A DNA stretch of 63,429 bases, filler included, from Octopus bimaculoides (GCF_001194135.2; 5 parts of 5 records of this genome joined end to end with filler, not necessarily neighbours in it), one strand, 5' to 3'; shown: positions 24,681 to 38,719, counted from the first letter of the whole stretch. Program-made: numbers and translations. The notes: generated by a model not told the origin, from the letters alone.

Positions 24681-24931
24681 TTATTCGTTCATTCCACACT
24701 TCATTCTTTCATTCCCCCTCTCTCACATTTCCTTGCCTTCTCTTCATGCTCACTTTCCCTCCACTTTTCACTTCACTGTGTCCCTGTCATTTTTTCTCGC
24801 CCCTCCTCAATTCTTCTGTTCCTCTGCCTCTACGTCTCTCTCTCTTCTCTCCCCACGTTACAGGTGTTCAGACAAGCCTGACCTTTCTTTCTTGGCTCGG
24901 CTGTCTTCTGTGCAACATCTATATTCCTTCC

Positions 24932-25217
24932 TCATCATCATCATCGTTTAACGTCCGCCTTCCATGCTAGCATGGGTTGGACGATTTGACTGAGGACTGG
25001 TGAGACCGGATGGCAACACCAGGCTCCAATCTAATTTAGCAGAGTTTCTACAGCTGGATGCCCTTCCTAATGCCAACCACTCAGAGAGTGTAGTGGGTGC
25101 TTTTACGTGTCACTCGCACGAAGGCCAGTCAGGCGGTACTGACAACGGCCACGCTCGAAATGGTGTCTTTTATGTGCCACCCGCACAAAAGCCAGTCCAG
25201 GGGCACTGGCAACGATC
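24932..25217 (-). mobile_element. RTE 3' UTR and tail copy
   Basis: (tca)n-cgtttaacgtccgccttccatgctagcatggg...ctggatgcccttcctaatgccaacc plus UTR units. Confidence 0.9.
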
Positions 25218-25317
25218 NNNNNNNNNNNNNNNNNNNNNNNNNNNNNNNNNNNNNNNNNNNNTTAATTAATTAANNNNNNNNNNNNNNNNNNNNNNNNNNN
25301 NNNNNNNNNNNNNNNNN
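25218..25317. other. Artificial 100-bp scaffold spacer
   Basis: 44 N + TTAATTAATTAA + 44 N. Confidence 0.95.
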
Positions 25318-25404
25318 CTTGACAATGGCATGTATGAATTAACTTATTCAGTTTTCACGTCATTTGAAACTTAAGCCAAAAACCCATCACGGCTGATAAC
25401 ACGA

Positions 25405-25424
25405 TCGTCATCACCACCACCACC

Positions 25425-25458
<34 letters not shown>

Positions 25459-25727
25459 TCGTCATTATCATCATCATCATCATTGTCGTCGTCATCATTT
25501 TCGTCATTGTCGGCCAACGTCGGCGTTGTCAGCATCGTTAGCCATTATCATCATAATCGCCATCATCATCGTCGTCGTCATCATCACCATCGTCTTCATC
25601 ATCGATATCATCACCATCATCAACATCACCATCACCATCACAATCATCATCATCATCATCATCATATCATCAACATTATCATAACCAAAAGCCTATACCA
25701 ACAGCAAATGACTACCACCACTACATA
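25405..25727. repeat. (CAC/CAT/CGT)n compound microsatellite
   Basis: Triplet runs giving a poly-His ORF. Confidence 0.93.
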
Positions 25728-26800
25728 ACTTTCCGCCTCCAAATCGAAAGATAGCATTTCATTCATAAACTTCAGTTTATTTTTAATAATATGCGATCTG
25801 TTGTGTATACAGACTTTACTGGGATCTGTTGTAAAGTCAATTGTGAGGTCTGTTGTTTGGTCTATGGTGTCTATTGTGCCTGTTGTATAGCATTTTGCGA
25901 TATGTTAAATGATCTTTCCTGAAGCCTGTTGTATAATGGCCTTAGTTTGTCTTTACTGAAATCTGTTGTCTTTTAATTGTTTCAGTCATTAGACTGCGGC
26001 CATGCTGGGGTAAAGCCTTGAAGAATTTTTAGTCGAATGAATCGATCCCAGGATTTCTTTCCTTTTTTTTTTTTTTTTCAAACAATTCTCGTACCTCTGG
26101 TCCGTTTTATAGTCTTTCCTCGGGTTTCTTGTATATGGCTTTTACCGAGGCCTGTTTGATATGTTTAAAATGTTATAGATCTGAAATAAGGAAGTATCCA
26201 AATGCCGCGAAGGAACCTGTCATTCTGTTTCTCCTCCTCCTCCAACTATAACTGCCACCCCCACTGTCATAAAGAAATGTGCAGCAATACCATTTACCAT
26301 AGCCACAGATCATACATGTCTGGGTAAAAGGATCTGTTTAATAAAATCGATGCCTAAAAACTGATTTCAACTTAACTTTATGAACCCCCGCCCCACCCAA
26401 TCAAAGAAAAAGTACGAAATTACAAATCTAATCTCGACGGGATTTGATCCTGAAAACACAAGAAATGTTATTAAAATACCACAATACATATTTCCCAACA
26501 AACTAAGGATTCTGACCATTCTTTGGCTGCTTATACAATACGAAGACAACCAAGAAGAACTTAGAACTAAACAATAACAAGAGCGTCAATAACAATAAAA
26601 TACCATATTACGCTTCACGTTGGTGACATGCGCAATTATTCTGATAAGCTATCATGTCGAGGCTGTGTCAAGTCAATTGTTCTGATAACCTCGAGGTTTA
26701 TGTCTCTCTGGTGAATGAAATCCGTGGTAAGTGATGAAACGGAAAGGGGGAGAAAGGAAGAGGGAAGGAGAGAGAGAGACAGATAGACACACAGAGTGAA

Positions 26801-26842
<42 letters not shown>

Positions 26843-27081
26843 TAAAGTAATGGGCGCTGTAATACAAGCCATCACGTCTTACACATACCTTGATAAATAT
26901 TTGGTTGATTACATCGTATAGATTACTGCCAAAATGTTTCCAAAACTTTCAGTGTGTGTGTGTGTNNNNNNNNNNNNNNNNNNNNNNNNNNNNNNNNNNN
27001 NNNNNNNNNNNNNNNNNNNNNNNNNNNNNNNNNNNNNNNNNNNNNNNNNNNNNNNNNNNNNNNNNNNNNNNNNNNNNNNNN

Positions 27082-27113
<32 letters not shown>

Positions 27114-27883
27114 GTAAGAGCATTGCAAACGTTTCTTAGAGACAGTTACAATTCTAATCTTGTATTATCAATTGTACTGTAAAGCGTTCAGTAAAGGAAC
27201 TCAATAAAAGCGAAAAACTTTTACTTAGGGTTTTAATATATATATTTATATATTTAATCCTTTATATTGAACACTCAATATTTCATCTATTCAATAAGAC
27301 ATATTCCATATATTCAATAAGACATTCAATACTTTATTTCATAGTACCATCCATTTTTATTTTATATTATATATTGTATATTCCATATTCTATATCCCAC
27401 ATTGGTTTTGCAGGAATATAAATAAAAACATAAAAAACAGACAGGGTTGGAACTCTTTTAAACAAAATAATATATTCCTCTATACACAATCATACAAAAA
27501 AANNNNNNNNNNNNNNNNNNNNNNNNNNNNNNNNNNNNNNNNNNNNNNNNNNNNNNNNNNNNNNNNNNNNNNNNNNNNNNNNNNNNNNNNNNNNNNNNNN
27601 NNNNNNNNNNNNNNNNNNNNNNNNNNNNNNNNNNNNNNNNNNNNNNNNNNNNNNNNNNNNNNNNNNNNNNNNNNNNNNNNNNNNNNNNNNNNNNNNNNNN
27701 NNNNNNNNNNNNNNNNNNNNNNNNNNNNNNNNNNNNNNNNNNNGAGAATAGCTAACGAATGTACAGGATAATGACGAAAACAAACATAAAACATATATAT
27801 ATATATATATATATATATACAACAAAAAACGCCGTGCGACCACAAGACAGACTAACATGGGGTAACGCAAAGGAAAATGAAAA

Positions 27884-27921
<38 letters not shown>

Positions 27922-28335
27922 TGTGTGTGTGTGTGTGTGTGTGTACGTACACATGTATACCTGTATACATCTCTGTTTGTATGTATATATACGTTCCTGT
28001 TGTGAGTACTCGCGTGTATCTTTCAGAAACCTGTGTCAAGATTATGACAGCTAAAAAGTGATAACTTATTTACAGTTCATAACATTGTAGTTATTTTATA
28101 GAATATATTCCGGTTTCATTTTTCAATTATTTCCTTTCATAACATAGTGTATGCCCTTAGCATGTTTGTTTACACGATAAAAAAAAACCCATCCCTGACA
28201 GTGCATTGTCCGGCGCCTACACACTTTTATGTATGTCTGTCATTATATGCAAAATGTTTGGTGGCAAAATTACAACTCGTACATGTGTAACCTAGGATGT
28301 ATATACAAATGTCTAAATGAGGGAAATAGTGTTTT

Positions 28336-28379
<44 letters not shown>

Positions 28380-28383
28380 TTAG

Positions 28384-28457
<74 letters not shown>

Positions 28458-28727
28458 TAGGGTGCAGTTAACCATAGTGTGAATGACCGAATGAGTGAAT
28501 GTTTGTTTGTATGACCGAATTGAGTATCAACTAGGTGAGAGTTGGACGATCTGTCGAATTATGGTAACGTAAACAAACCAACACTGGTTTTAAAGCAGTG
28601 AGGACAGGCTCAAAAACAAACTTACACACACACACACATACACACACATACACATACACACATATATATATATTTATATATATATATACATATAAGGCGA
28701 GCTGGCATATGGCAAGTAAACATGTGT

Positions 28728-28760
<33 letters not shown>

Positions 28761-28974
28761 TACATACATACATATATTCATACATCCACACATACATATA
28801 TACATACATGCATACATACCAACAGATTGGCACTTTACAAATACAATTTGTATGCAGAACGGTAAAACTATGCAAGACTTTTCTCAAGTTTAAAATGTGA
28901 CATCGTTTTTTTTATCTACATTCTAAATATGAAGCTTTGTATCATTGTTGGAATCCAGGATGAAATGCGAAATC

Positions 28975-29298
28975 GGCCTCGTCAGAATTTGAACTCAGAA
29001 CGTGCAGACAAACGAAATGCTGCCAAGCGTTTTCCCCGCCGTGCTAACGACTCTGCCACTTCGCCGCCTTCCTTCTGTCTATTAATAGTCCTTTCAACTG
29101 CAGGCACAAGGCCTGAAATTTGTAGGGAGGGGACTAGTCGATTACATCGACCCCAATGTTTCCCAGGTACTTTATCGATCCCGAAGGGATGAAATGCAAA
29201 GTCGACCTCGGCCGAATTTGAACTCAGGACGTAACTACAGACGAAACACCGCTAAGCATTTCGTCCGGCGTGCTAACGATTCTGCCAGCTCGCTCCCT
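28975..29298 (-). mobile_element. SINE family A, partial plus full copy
   Basis: gaatttgaactcag..aagcatttcg..cgtgctaacgattctgccagctcgc. Confidence 0.85.
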
Positions 29299-29960
29299 TC
29301 TGCCAATTAATAATAATTACAGTCATACTGAGAATGCTTATCCGAATGACATTGGTGGTTCCTTGGTCACATCCGAGGCTAGAATATGTCGACAGTCATC
29401 TCTGATTATGATACAAGTGGCGACAGGCGGGAAAAGGTGTAAAGTGATCTAACCAGACCTAACCGCTCTGTGTTCTCTTTGTGTGGGTGGGCAAATTGTA
29501 GATGTCTTTCTTTATGTACTTTTTAAATAATATCTGCTTTTGATCATTTTGTGGGTTTTATTATATTTTTATGTATTTTGTATAATTATTTGTATGTTTA
29601 GAAATAAGATTTAACTTGTCGCTTTATATTGTATATATTGTGTAAAGTTTTGCACCCCTCCTCATTTTTTTATTACTTGTTTGTCCCACCCGCTTTTGTA
29701 ACATTCATTGTATTGTATTATAAGATTAGCCGATTTGTAGCTAGAGGGCGGGCTAGCTGAGTCGTAAGACTGTCGACCAAAAATGTGTAGAAAAGTTATA
29801 ACTTGATATTACTGTTCTAAGTTCCAATCCCTCCGGTATGAACTTCTGTTTTATCCTACCGAAGTCGATAAAATAAAATATCAATGAAATACTGGAGTCA
29901 GTCAAATCGAATAATGCCCGCCTTCTATATATATCTCGTCTTGTTCCTTTGACAGAAACA

Positions 29961-30165
29961 TTATTACCCTGCGCACGTAAGCGAAAGCAGGGTATAGTTG
30001 TCGCTCGTCTTTGTCTGTGTGTTTGCAAAATTACTGGGAAATGGCTGAACGGATTTTCACAAAATTTTGCAGAAATATTCATAGGGTGAGTGACTCAAAC
30101 TCATTATTTTGGTTTGATTATCTTCAAAACTGGAGGACGGGTGAACCAAAATGTTTTTTTTTGTG
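29961..30165 (+). mobile_element. Helentron-associated (HINE/DINE-1-like) non-autonomous element
   Basis: ttattaccctgc..gcagggta stem-loop at the 5' end, gtctgtgtgt microsatellite, then ggctgaacggattttcacaaaatttt. Confidence 0.6.
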
Positions 30166-30439
30166 TTTTCCTTTGTTATATATGCATAAACGATAAGCAG
30201 GGGAAATAACTCTTGATGTCCTTTTGTTGAAATCTGAATTCGTCTGAGAATATATTTACCAAATTCAATTTTATTTTATCCTTGCGTGCTCGCACGGTAT
30301 GCATCACCCCTCCGATGCCATTTTTCTTTCTTTCGTTCTTACTGCGAGTATTCGCATAAACAATATTCACTGTAATATAAATATACTGAAATATAGTAAA
30401 GGCGCTCTGCTTAGTGGTAGGTGTCACCACTGCCTTACA

Positions 30440-30682
30440 ATACACGGTGATGTGTTAAGTCCTTGAGCAAAACGCATTAGCTCACGTTGCTTCAGTTTAA
30501 CTCAACCGGCAAAAATGTGTTGTACCGGCCTTGTCACATTCTGTGTCACGATGAATCTCTCTGGCCCTTACGCATGACTGCGCGATGCTCAGCCACTTGC
30601 AGTTTAATTTCATGCGCAGGCTGTTCGGTTGATCGGACCAAAACGAAACCCCGCCGTTCTAACCGACGGAGTGCCAGTTAAC
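30440..30682 (+). mobile_element. SINE family C-like central and 3' region
   Basis: ccttgagcaaaacgcattagctcacgttgcttcagtttaactcaacc core, related to 18320-18370. Confidence 0.55.
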
Positions 30683-31689
30683 CTCCATATGACGTGTAAC
30701 TTTGGAAGTGTGCTTTTTCCGCCATGGTAAATATCAGGAAACATGGCGTACATACAAATTTTAAATTTCATGGTGTTTATAAACAAAATGGTGGAATGAA
30801 TATTAATTTTCTAAAAACTATTTACCATTCTGTCATTTACTTCATCCCTTCCTGTGATTCTGCGATTTATTCTCTCTCACCGTGTGTGTTTGTAGGGTTC
30901 CTTTACTCAATGCCTGTCAGTGCTCAAAGCTTGAATGTACATTAATCCTACACCTTTCATGTTAATTCTTTCTATCCCTCGCTCTCTCTTTCTCTTTCCT
31001 ACTTCTCTCTCAATGACGTAAAACGTGACAGAAAAAGAATCAACCAACAAACCAGCCAACCAACAACTAACCAATCGATATTTGTAGCAGCCATTACCAT
31101 ATAGAGAGGAAAGCATTACATTTTGATAATCTCTCATTCCTAATTTAAGGTGCCAGAGGGTTTGTTGCCTTCAATGAAATTTAACTGCTATATTTTGGAG
31201 ATCTGACATGCGTGCAGAGATCGTCACTCATCAGCTCAAATTAAACTTCGTTGTTGTTGTTGTTGTTGTTGTTGTATATCCCAGGTCAATCATAGTCAAA
31301 CAAAACTACAATGGAAGGCGTTTTGGTCGTGACAATCTCGACGTTTGTATACCAGGAACAATATCGTTCAACACAGACTTTACTTCAGGCGCTAAGGTGT
31401 GAATTGTGAGACTTTTGGCTGCTTTCATTCAGTAGGTTCAACGAAAATGTGTCAACCCTCTATTGAACAAAATTATCAATGAACAATTCACACTACCCGC
31501 CCTCCTTCGCTCTTTCGGCGTTTTACACTTTTTTTCTTTCATATTCTCAGAGTAGGTGGCTAAAATAACAGGCTACATTATTTCATGGCCGACTTTAGAG
31601 AACGTGGGAGTTTGGGTTAGGGAGGATGATGAAAGGAGAAGTTATCGGTCGTATATGAATATTGTGAGTGCATCGAAACCATAAAAAAA

Positions 31690-32025
31690 CTGCCCTGCAT
31701 TATTCATTCGGCTCTTTACGTTTTGAGTTATGTTTCGGCCGAGTTCAACTTTGCCTTTCATTTTTACAGAGGCGATGAAATAAAGTACTGGGGCCAATGT
31801 GATTGATTAATCTATCGTGTCAAAATTGTTGGCCCTCTGCCGAAATCAGAAAACATTGTAAGCGCAGTGGGTTCCCAGAATCGTTTGGGAGTTGGACGAA
31901 ACACCTGGTGTTATTTCTTCTGACTAAGTTCTAAGTTCAAATTCCGGGATTCGTAAATTACAATATCAGTGTAATACTGGGATCAATAACATCGAATAAT
32001 CCCTGCCCCTCAAAATAGAAAAACA
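31690..32025 (+). mobile_element. Two degenerate SINE family A copies
   Basis: ctttacgttttgagtt..gccgagttcaactttgcctttcat and ctaagttcaaattccggg motifs. Confidence 0.6.
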
Positions 32026-33104
32026 GACTGAAAAACTAGCAGGGAGTTTAAAGTTTGGACTTCCTCCATCGAGACGAAGAGGGAGAGGATATCACATTAG
32101 GTTGACTATCTGTTTCGTTATCTCTGTTTCGGTCACTTTCAACATTGAGTCGTTCATCACATTTATACATCCATTCAGCCAGCCACCCAGTCATCCAGCC
32201 AGCCAGCCACCCACCCAGCCAGCCAGCCAGCCAGCCACCCACCCACTCAGCCATCCAGCCATNNNNNNNNNNNNNNNNNNNNNNNNNNNNNNNNNNNNNN
32301 NNNNNNNNNNNNNNNNNNNNNNNNNNNNNNNNNNNNNNNNNNNNNNNNNNNNNNNNNNNNNNNNNNNNNNNNNNNNNNNNNNNNNNNNNNNNNNNNNNNN
32401 NNNNNNNNNNNNNNCATACAGCCAGTCAGCCAACGATCCTGCCATCCACTCAGCCAGCCATCCAGTCACCCACCCACCCATCCATCTACCCATCCACCCA
32501 ACCACCCAACCACCCAACCACCCACCCATCCATCCATCCATCCATCCATAGGCTCCTATCAGAAGCGATCGCCTTCGTACTTTCTGATTGGTTTCCTTAG
32601 CGTGACCAACTTAAATTATCGATATTATTGAACCACTTCGTTCTTGATCTGCCCCGAGATCTCTTGAAGAATTTGCTTGAAGAATTTGTCTTGTGAATCT
32701 TTCCTACACAGAACAAACCAAGCTAAACACGATACTCGTGTATACGTAAACAGCTGAATGTTATGGTTCTGTAATTTGGGGATATTATATTTTAAAGGTG
32801 AGATTAATCGGTTAAATATGGCGGTTAAATACGAATAAGGGAAGAAGTATAAGAGTGTACTTTAAAAGGTGTGAAGGAGGGTGGGGAGCAAGACGAATTT
32901 TATTGTTAATTTTAGTTAACAGTTACTTCATTAAGTAGGTGAAAAGCACTGAGACATTGAAATATATAGGTGTCTATACAAACATATATATATATACATA
33001 TATGAATGGAATATTCAACTAGGTGTGTGTGCGTGTGTGTGTAGGTGTGTGTGCATGTGTGTGTATGTGTGTATTAATGTATGTGCATTGAATGGTTGTT
33101 TCTG

Positions 33105-33138
<34 letters not shown>

Positions 33139-33259
33139 CCTGCATATGTATAGATATAAATGTAAATACATTCATGCACATATACACGTACATAAATATA
33201 TAATCCTTCTAACTTGATATGTATTATTTTTCCTATGTAATCCTTGTATATGTATATAT

Positions 33260-33292
<33 letters not shown>

Positions 33293-33384
33293 NNNNNNNN
33301 NNNNNNNNNNNNNNNNNNNNNNNNNNNNNNNNNNNNNNNNNNNNNNNNNNNNNNNNNNNNNNNNNNNNNNNNNNNNNNNNNNNN

Positions 33385-33450
<66 letters not shown>

Positions 33451-33506
33451 AGACACATATGTGTATGTATATATATATACATATATAAATTAATATATAT
33501 ATGTAG

Positions 33507-33538
<32 letters not shown>

Positions 33539-34779
33539 GCATGCATATATGTACTCCGTATGTATACATATGCACATATACATATATACACACATATCTA
33601 TTCATCTACATATACCCAAACATACAAACAGACAGACAGTCAGACAGACAGACGTAAGACAGAGAAACACACGCAGATAGACAAAAGATGGTTGACATAA
33701 ATATAAGGATTATATATAAATTTGTTTGTATATGTGTGTTTGAGGGTACGTGTGTTTGTGTGTGTGTCCCTCTGTCTGTGTGTGTGTTTGTGTGCGTAAG
33801 ATAAATCCGTAACTTTAAAGAAACCACACCTTGGGTTTCATAATATGCCATTAATGAAGTAACATAATTCTCGCAGCAGTCATTGCACGGAGGAGCAACA
33901 CAAAGCATTATAATTTTGAGTTGGTGATGGTGGTGGGGATTCTGTGTGTCTTTCTTTTTTTTTATCAACGTTGTTCGAAGGAGACCATAATCCCGTGTCA
34001 AAAAGAACGAAAAGAAAAGAGACAGAGAGAGAGATGGAAAAAAAAACAAAACAAAGAGAGACAGAAAGAAAGAAGTAACGAAAGATCTAATCTTTCATAA
34101 ACTGAAACCGTGTACTCCCAACCTTATTTTTTAACGACCCCTGGGGGTATCGAAAAGTAGGTTGTGAGGATAACCTGTTGTGGCTGAATTTAGAACTTTC
34201 CAAATCTCTTACGGTCATGAAAAAACGAGAGTAACATCTTTTGAACAGTTTTTAGTTTGTGACGTATTGCATCATGTGACTTGCGTTTAAGTGTTTGTGG
34301 CTGTGTGCTTGTGATTGTCTGTGTATATGTATATCTGCGTGTGTGTGTTTGTGTGTGTGAATGTGTTATTTTTAATATTGTTTTTAAGGGGAGTTTTCTT
34401 ATTGCTGCTTTTGTAGTGAGCTTACACGCGTGTTGTATATATGCGTTGATACGTTGCGTGGTAGATACATTGCGCTGTGGGACATAGGTGATGCGTTGTG
34501 GGGTACCGTTGTGTGGTATTGTCGTTGTGTCATGTGGTATTGCTGTTGTGTTGTGTCGTAGTATTTGTGCGTTGCGTGATACAGTTGTTATGATGGTTGT
34601 ATTGTGCGGTAATGTTGTATATTGCCTAGTAACGTTAGTGTATTGTATAGCAGTTTTGGCATGGTTGTGCTGATGTGATTTGTGGCAATGTTAATACGTT
34701 GTGTGTTGGTGTTGTGGTATGTTGTGAGGTGGTCCTTATCTGTTGTGCGATAGTGTCCGTATGCGGTATGGTATTCTTT

Positions 34780-34995
34780 GTGTAGCTCTCCTGTGTGAAC
34801 CATCTGTCCGGCATTCGCCATGGTAGATCGCTAGCCACGACACATTCATTATTTTCTCTCCCTGTTACTTTCTGTGGAAGAGCGTAGGCTCGAAACGGTA
34901 AAGACTTTTTCACTTCCCGAGCGTTAACGTCTGTTTGTTGTCTGCACCACCTGTCTTCGTCTTTTGTTTTTTTTTCTTGGGAATTCTACCTATAT
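34780..34995 (+). mobile_element. Penelope-like pLTR with variant hammerhead
   Basis: Same family as 22700-22946 (reverse complement); core ctgtggaagagcgtaggctcgaaac. Confidence 0.85.
34868..34905 (+). ncRNA. Minimal variant hammerhead ribozyme (Penelope-associated)
   Basis: CTGTGGA-A-GAGC(GTAG)GCTC-GAAA-C..GTA; A6 is U, one extra A after A9, stem III of about 2 bp. Confidence 0.55.
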
Positions 34996-35094
34996 ATATA
35001 TATATTATTTATATTATTTATNNNNNNNNNNNNNNNNNNNNNNNNNNNNNNNNNNNNNNNNNNNNNTATATATTAACACATTAACTGCACGCAT

Positions 35095-35205
35095 TAACTT
35101 GCTTGTGCGGCTGATCGGGAACCATTTCCCGAACTTCAATGCGTTGCACAAGATATTCAACAAAAACAACGTAAAGATGAGTCACAGCTGCAGAAAAAGA
35201 AGACT
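35095..35205 (+). mobile_element. Penelope-like RT-to-endonuclease linker fragment
   Basis: LLVRLIGNHFPNFNALHKIFNKNNVKMSHSC resembles the PLE motif LIDKHFP..LHKIFNRNTVKVSYSC. Confidence 0.7.
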
Positions 35206-35590
35206 CTCTGTGAGACCGAGGTAAGCAATGCAAAACTGTTGCCAACAGACCTCTAGTGTTGTATGGAAGGACGTCGGTATGCATCTGAGAATGACCACAA
35301 ATATATATATAGATAGATAGATATGCATACATATAAGTATATATATGTATTTATGTATTTATGTGTTTCAGCCAAGTGGCTGCGGTCATGCTGGTGCACC
35401 ACCGTGATTTTCACGTTCCTCGCATGGAATATATACATATTTTGTACAAATAAGTATGTACTCATAGATACATATATTCATATTGTATATGCAAACACAC
35501 ACACACGTATGTGTGCAGAGATCCTTGTAAATGTGTGCACGTATCACCTTTTGATTAGATATACATTCATAGATCCAAACTCTCACATAC

Positions 35591-35637
<47 letters not shown>

Positions 35638-36362
35638 ACATATAGATACCACGTATATGTATGCATATATATATATGTATGTGTGTGTACGTGTGTGCGT
35701 GTTTGTGTGAGTATGTATATGTGTGTGTATGTACAAGTATATAAGTATTAGAATCTTTTACATACAAATGTGTATATAAGTGTATGTGTATATACATACG
35801 TATATATATATGAATATGCGTCTATTAGGAAATATACAGGCGTGAATAGAATCATAGGTTTAAATAAGTAAACCTAATTTTTTCCCATAACTTATGAATA
35901 CATTTTGGTCAAAAATTCCATAATTCTCACGCTCTTTTCATTTTATTAAAACTCACTCCTTCTCTTCCTCTCCCTCCCACTCCTTCTCATTGCTTCCTCT
36001 CCCTTCAAGTGAGTCTTTATTTCTATCCTTTATTCTGTCGCTTCTTACTTTTTTTGACATGCCATCGCCTTCCTCGCCCGCTCTGTCGCTCTCATTCTCT
36101 CTTTGTCCTGCCCGCTCTCTTTGTCTCTCTTCTCCCTCTTTCTCTTTCAATTTACACTCTCTCCCTCCCGCCCGCCTATGTACATACGCAACCACCCGCT
36201 TCTAGACGAATTATACATACGGGCTTTAAAAAACAGGTAAGCATATATATGTGTGTGTATGTGTGTGTATACACATATGCAAGTGTGTATGTGTATCTGT
36301 GTGTGTTTGTGTGTGTGTGCGTTTGTATTCCAGTTAATTCTTGTCCATTTTATTTTTCCTAA

Positions 36363-36393
<31 letters not shown>

Positions 36394-36477
36394 CCAATCT
36401 CTAACTCTCTCTCTTTCTCTCTTCCTCACTCTTTTTATAAATGCATACATTTATTCTGATATATTCATACTTATATA

Positions 36478-36513
<36 letters not shown>

Positions 36514-37383
36514 NNNNNNNNNNNNNNNNNNNNNNNNNNNNNNNNNNNNNNNNNNNNNNNNNNNNNNNNNNNNNNNNNNNNNNNNNNNNNNNNNNNNNNN
36601 NNNNNNNNNNNNNNNNNNNNNNNNNNNNNNNNNNNNNNNNNNNNNNNNNNNNNNNNNNNNNNNNNNNNNNNNNNNNNNNNNNNNNNNNNNNNNNNNNNNN
36701 NNNNNNNNNNNNNNNNNNNNNNNNNNNNNNNNNNNNNNNNNNNNNNNNNNNNNNNNNNNNNNNNNNNNNNNNNNNNNNNNNNNNNNNNNNNNNNNNNNNN
36801 NNNNNNNNNNNNNNNNNNNNNNNNNNNNNNNNNNNNNNNNNNNNNNNNNNNNNNNNNNNNNNNNNNNNNNNNNNNNNNNNNNNNNNNNNNNNNNNNNNNN
36901 NNNNNNNNNNNNNNNNNNNNNNNNNNNNNNNNNNNNNNNNNNNNNNNNNNNNNNNNNNNNNNNNNNNNNNNNNNNNNNNNNNNNNNNNNNNNNNNNNNNN
37001 NNNNNNNNNNNNNNNNNNNNNNNNNNNNNNNNNNNNNNNNNNNNNNNNNNNNNNNNNNNNNNNNNNNNNNNNNNNNNNNNNNNNNNNNNNNNNNNNNNNN
37101 NNNNNNNNNNNNNNNNNNNNNNNNNNNNNNNNNNNNNNNNNNNNNNNNNNNNNNNNNNNNNNNNNNNNNNNNNNNNNNNNNNNNNNNNNNNNNNNNNNNN
37201 NNNNNNNNNNNNNNNNNNNNNNNNNNNNNNNNNNNNNNNNNNNNNNNNNNNNNNNNNNNNNNNNNNNNNNNNNNNNNNNNNNNNNNNNNNNNNNNNNNNN
37301 NNNNNNNNNNNNNNNNNNNNNNNNNNNNNNNNNNNNNNNNNNNNNNNNNNNNNNNNNNNNNNNNNNNNNNNNNNNNNNNNNNN

Positions 37384-37444
37384 NATAATAATAATAATAA
37401 TGATAATAATAATAATAATAATAATGATAATAATAATAATAATG

Positions 37445-37496
<52 letters not shown>

Positions 37497-37513
37497 TAAT
37501 AATAATAATAATG

Positions 37514-37553
<40 letters not shown>

Positions 37554-37635
37554 GGATCATTATGATGATGTAGATCATGCTGATGATTCTGAGGATTAGG
37601 ATGATAATGATGATGATGATGATGATGATAATAAC

Positions 37636-37679
<44 letters not shown>

Positions 37680-37680
37680 T
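37384..37680. repeat. (ATA/ATG)n microsatellite
   Basis: Long triplet run after an N gap. Confidence 0.97.
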
Positions 37681-37821
37681 GATTTCTTTATTAACCACAA
37701 AGAGTTACATTAAAAAAAATTATGTGTGCGCGCGCGTGTGTTATTGTCAGTGCTTTGCATGTAAACAAGACTAGCAGAATTTCAAAAATCAACGTGTGAT
37801 ATTCAAAAGGGCGTGATATTC

Positions 37822-37854
<33 letters not shown>

Positions 37855-38027
37855 TAAATATTAAAGAAAATAAACAGAGCCTCCGCTAAATTGGAATCGT
37901 GATGGTATAATGTGGATATGTTCTTATCTCTTTTGGAGCGATTGATCCCTTTATGGCGATGAAATTGATCTCTGAGATTCTTTCATCCCCCATTTTTCGC
38001 TTTTTATTTGATAAGGGAATAAGAGGA

Positions 38028-38105
<78 letters not shown>

Positions 38106-38665
38106 GTATATATACTGTTTTCTCTTATAATTTATACCCATCCGAACCACTGGTAATAAATAATTCTAATTTTTTACCCCTATAATTTACACAGTATAAT
38201 TTCCTAATTCTGAGGCTATAGTACGCAGTTTAAATTTAAGTTTACTATTTGCTGCTGGCTATGTGAATGCGCTGGCGCGCTTGATTTGAATTCACGATGT
38301 ATAAGGATGCGGCCAGCAAGTGATTTTTTCGGTACGTATTAAGCTACATAATTATGCATTGTTTTAGCGATCCCACAGATGAACTGCGGATGACTAATTA
38401 ATTTATTTGCTCATCAAAAGGGAAACTCGAGTATGAGATTAACTAATGATAATTCCTTTCATTCTAGTGCCATTATCGGCATGCCTTTAGAATTATTTTT
38501 TCCGTGGTTTGGGTTTAACTGCCCTATTTAGCATGTAAGATGTCCTATCATGGGTCTTCTCTCTGTGTATAAATCTTTAAACACTCTTATGTATGTATGT
38601 ATATGTATATATATAAATATACACATATATATATGTATATACATATGTTTATATATACGTTTTCT

Positions 38666-38719
<54 letters not shown>

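Noticed and set aside
26660-26730. Candidate exon MSRLCQVNCSDNLEVYVSLVNEIR with a strong GTAAGT donor
   Set aside because: Short, isolated and without recognisable homology.
31277-31400. Candidate exon SIIVKQNYNGRRFGRD...
   Set aside because: Overlaps an inverted copy of the family D repeat tail.
32630-32710. Minus-strand terminal-exon candidate KDSQDKFFKQILQEISGQIKNEVVQ*
   Set aside because: It contains a 13-bp tandem duplication (cttgaagaatttg twice), which is not frame-preserving, and I recognise no homolog.
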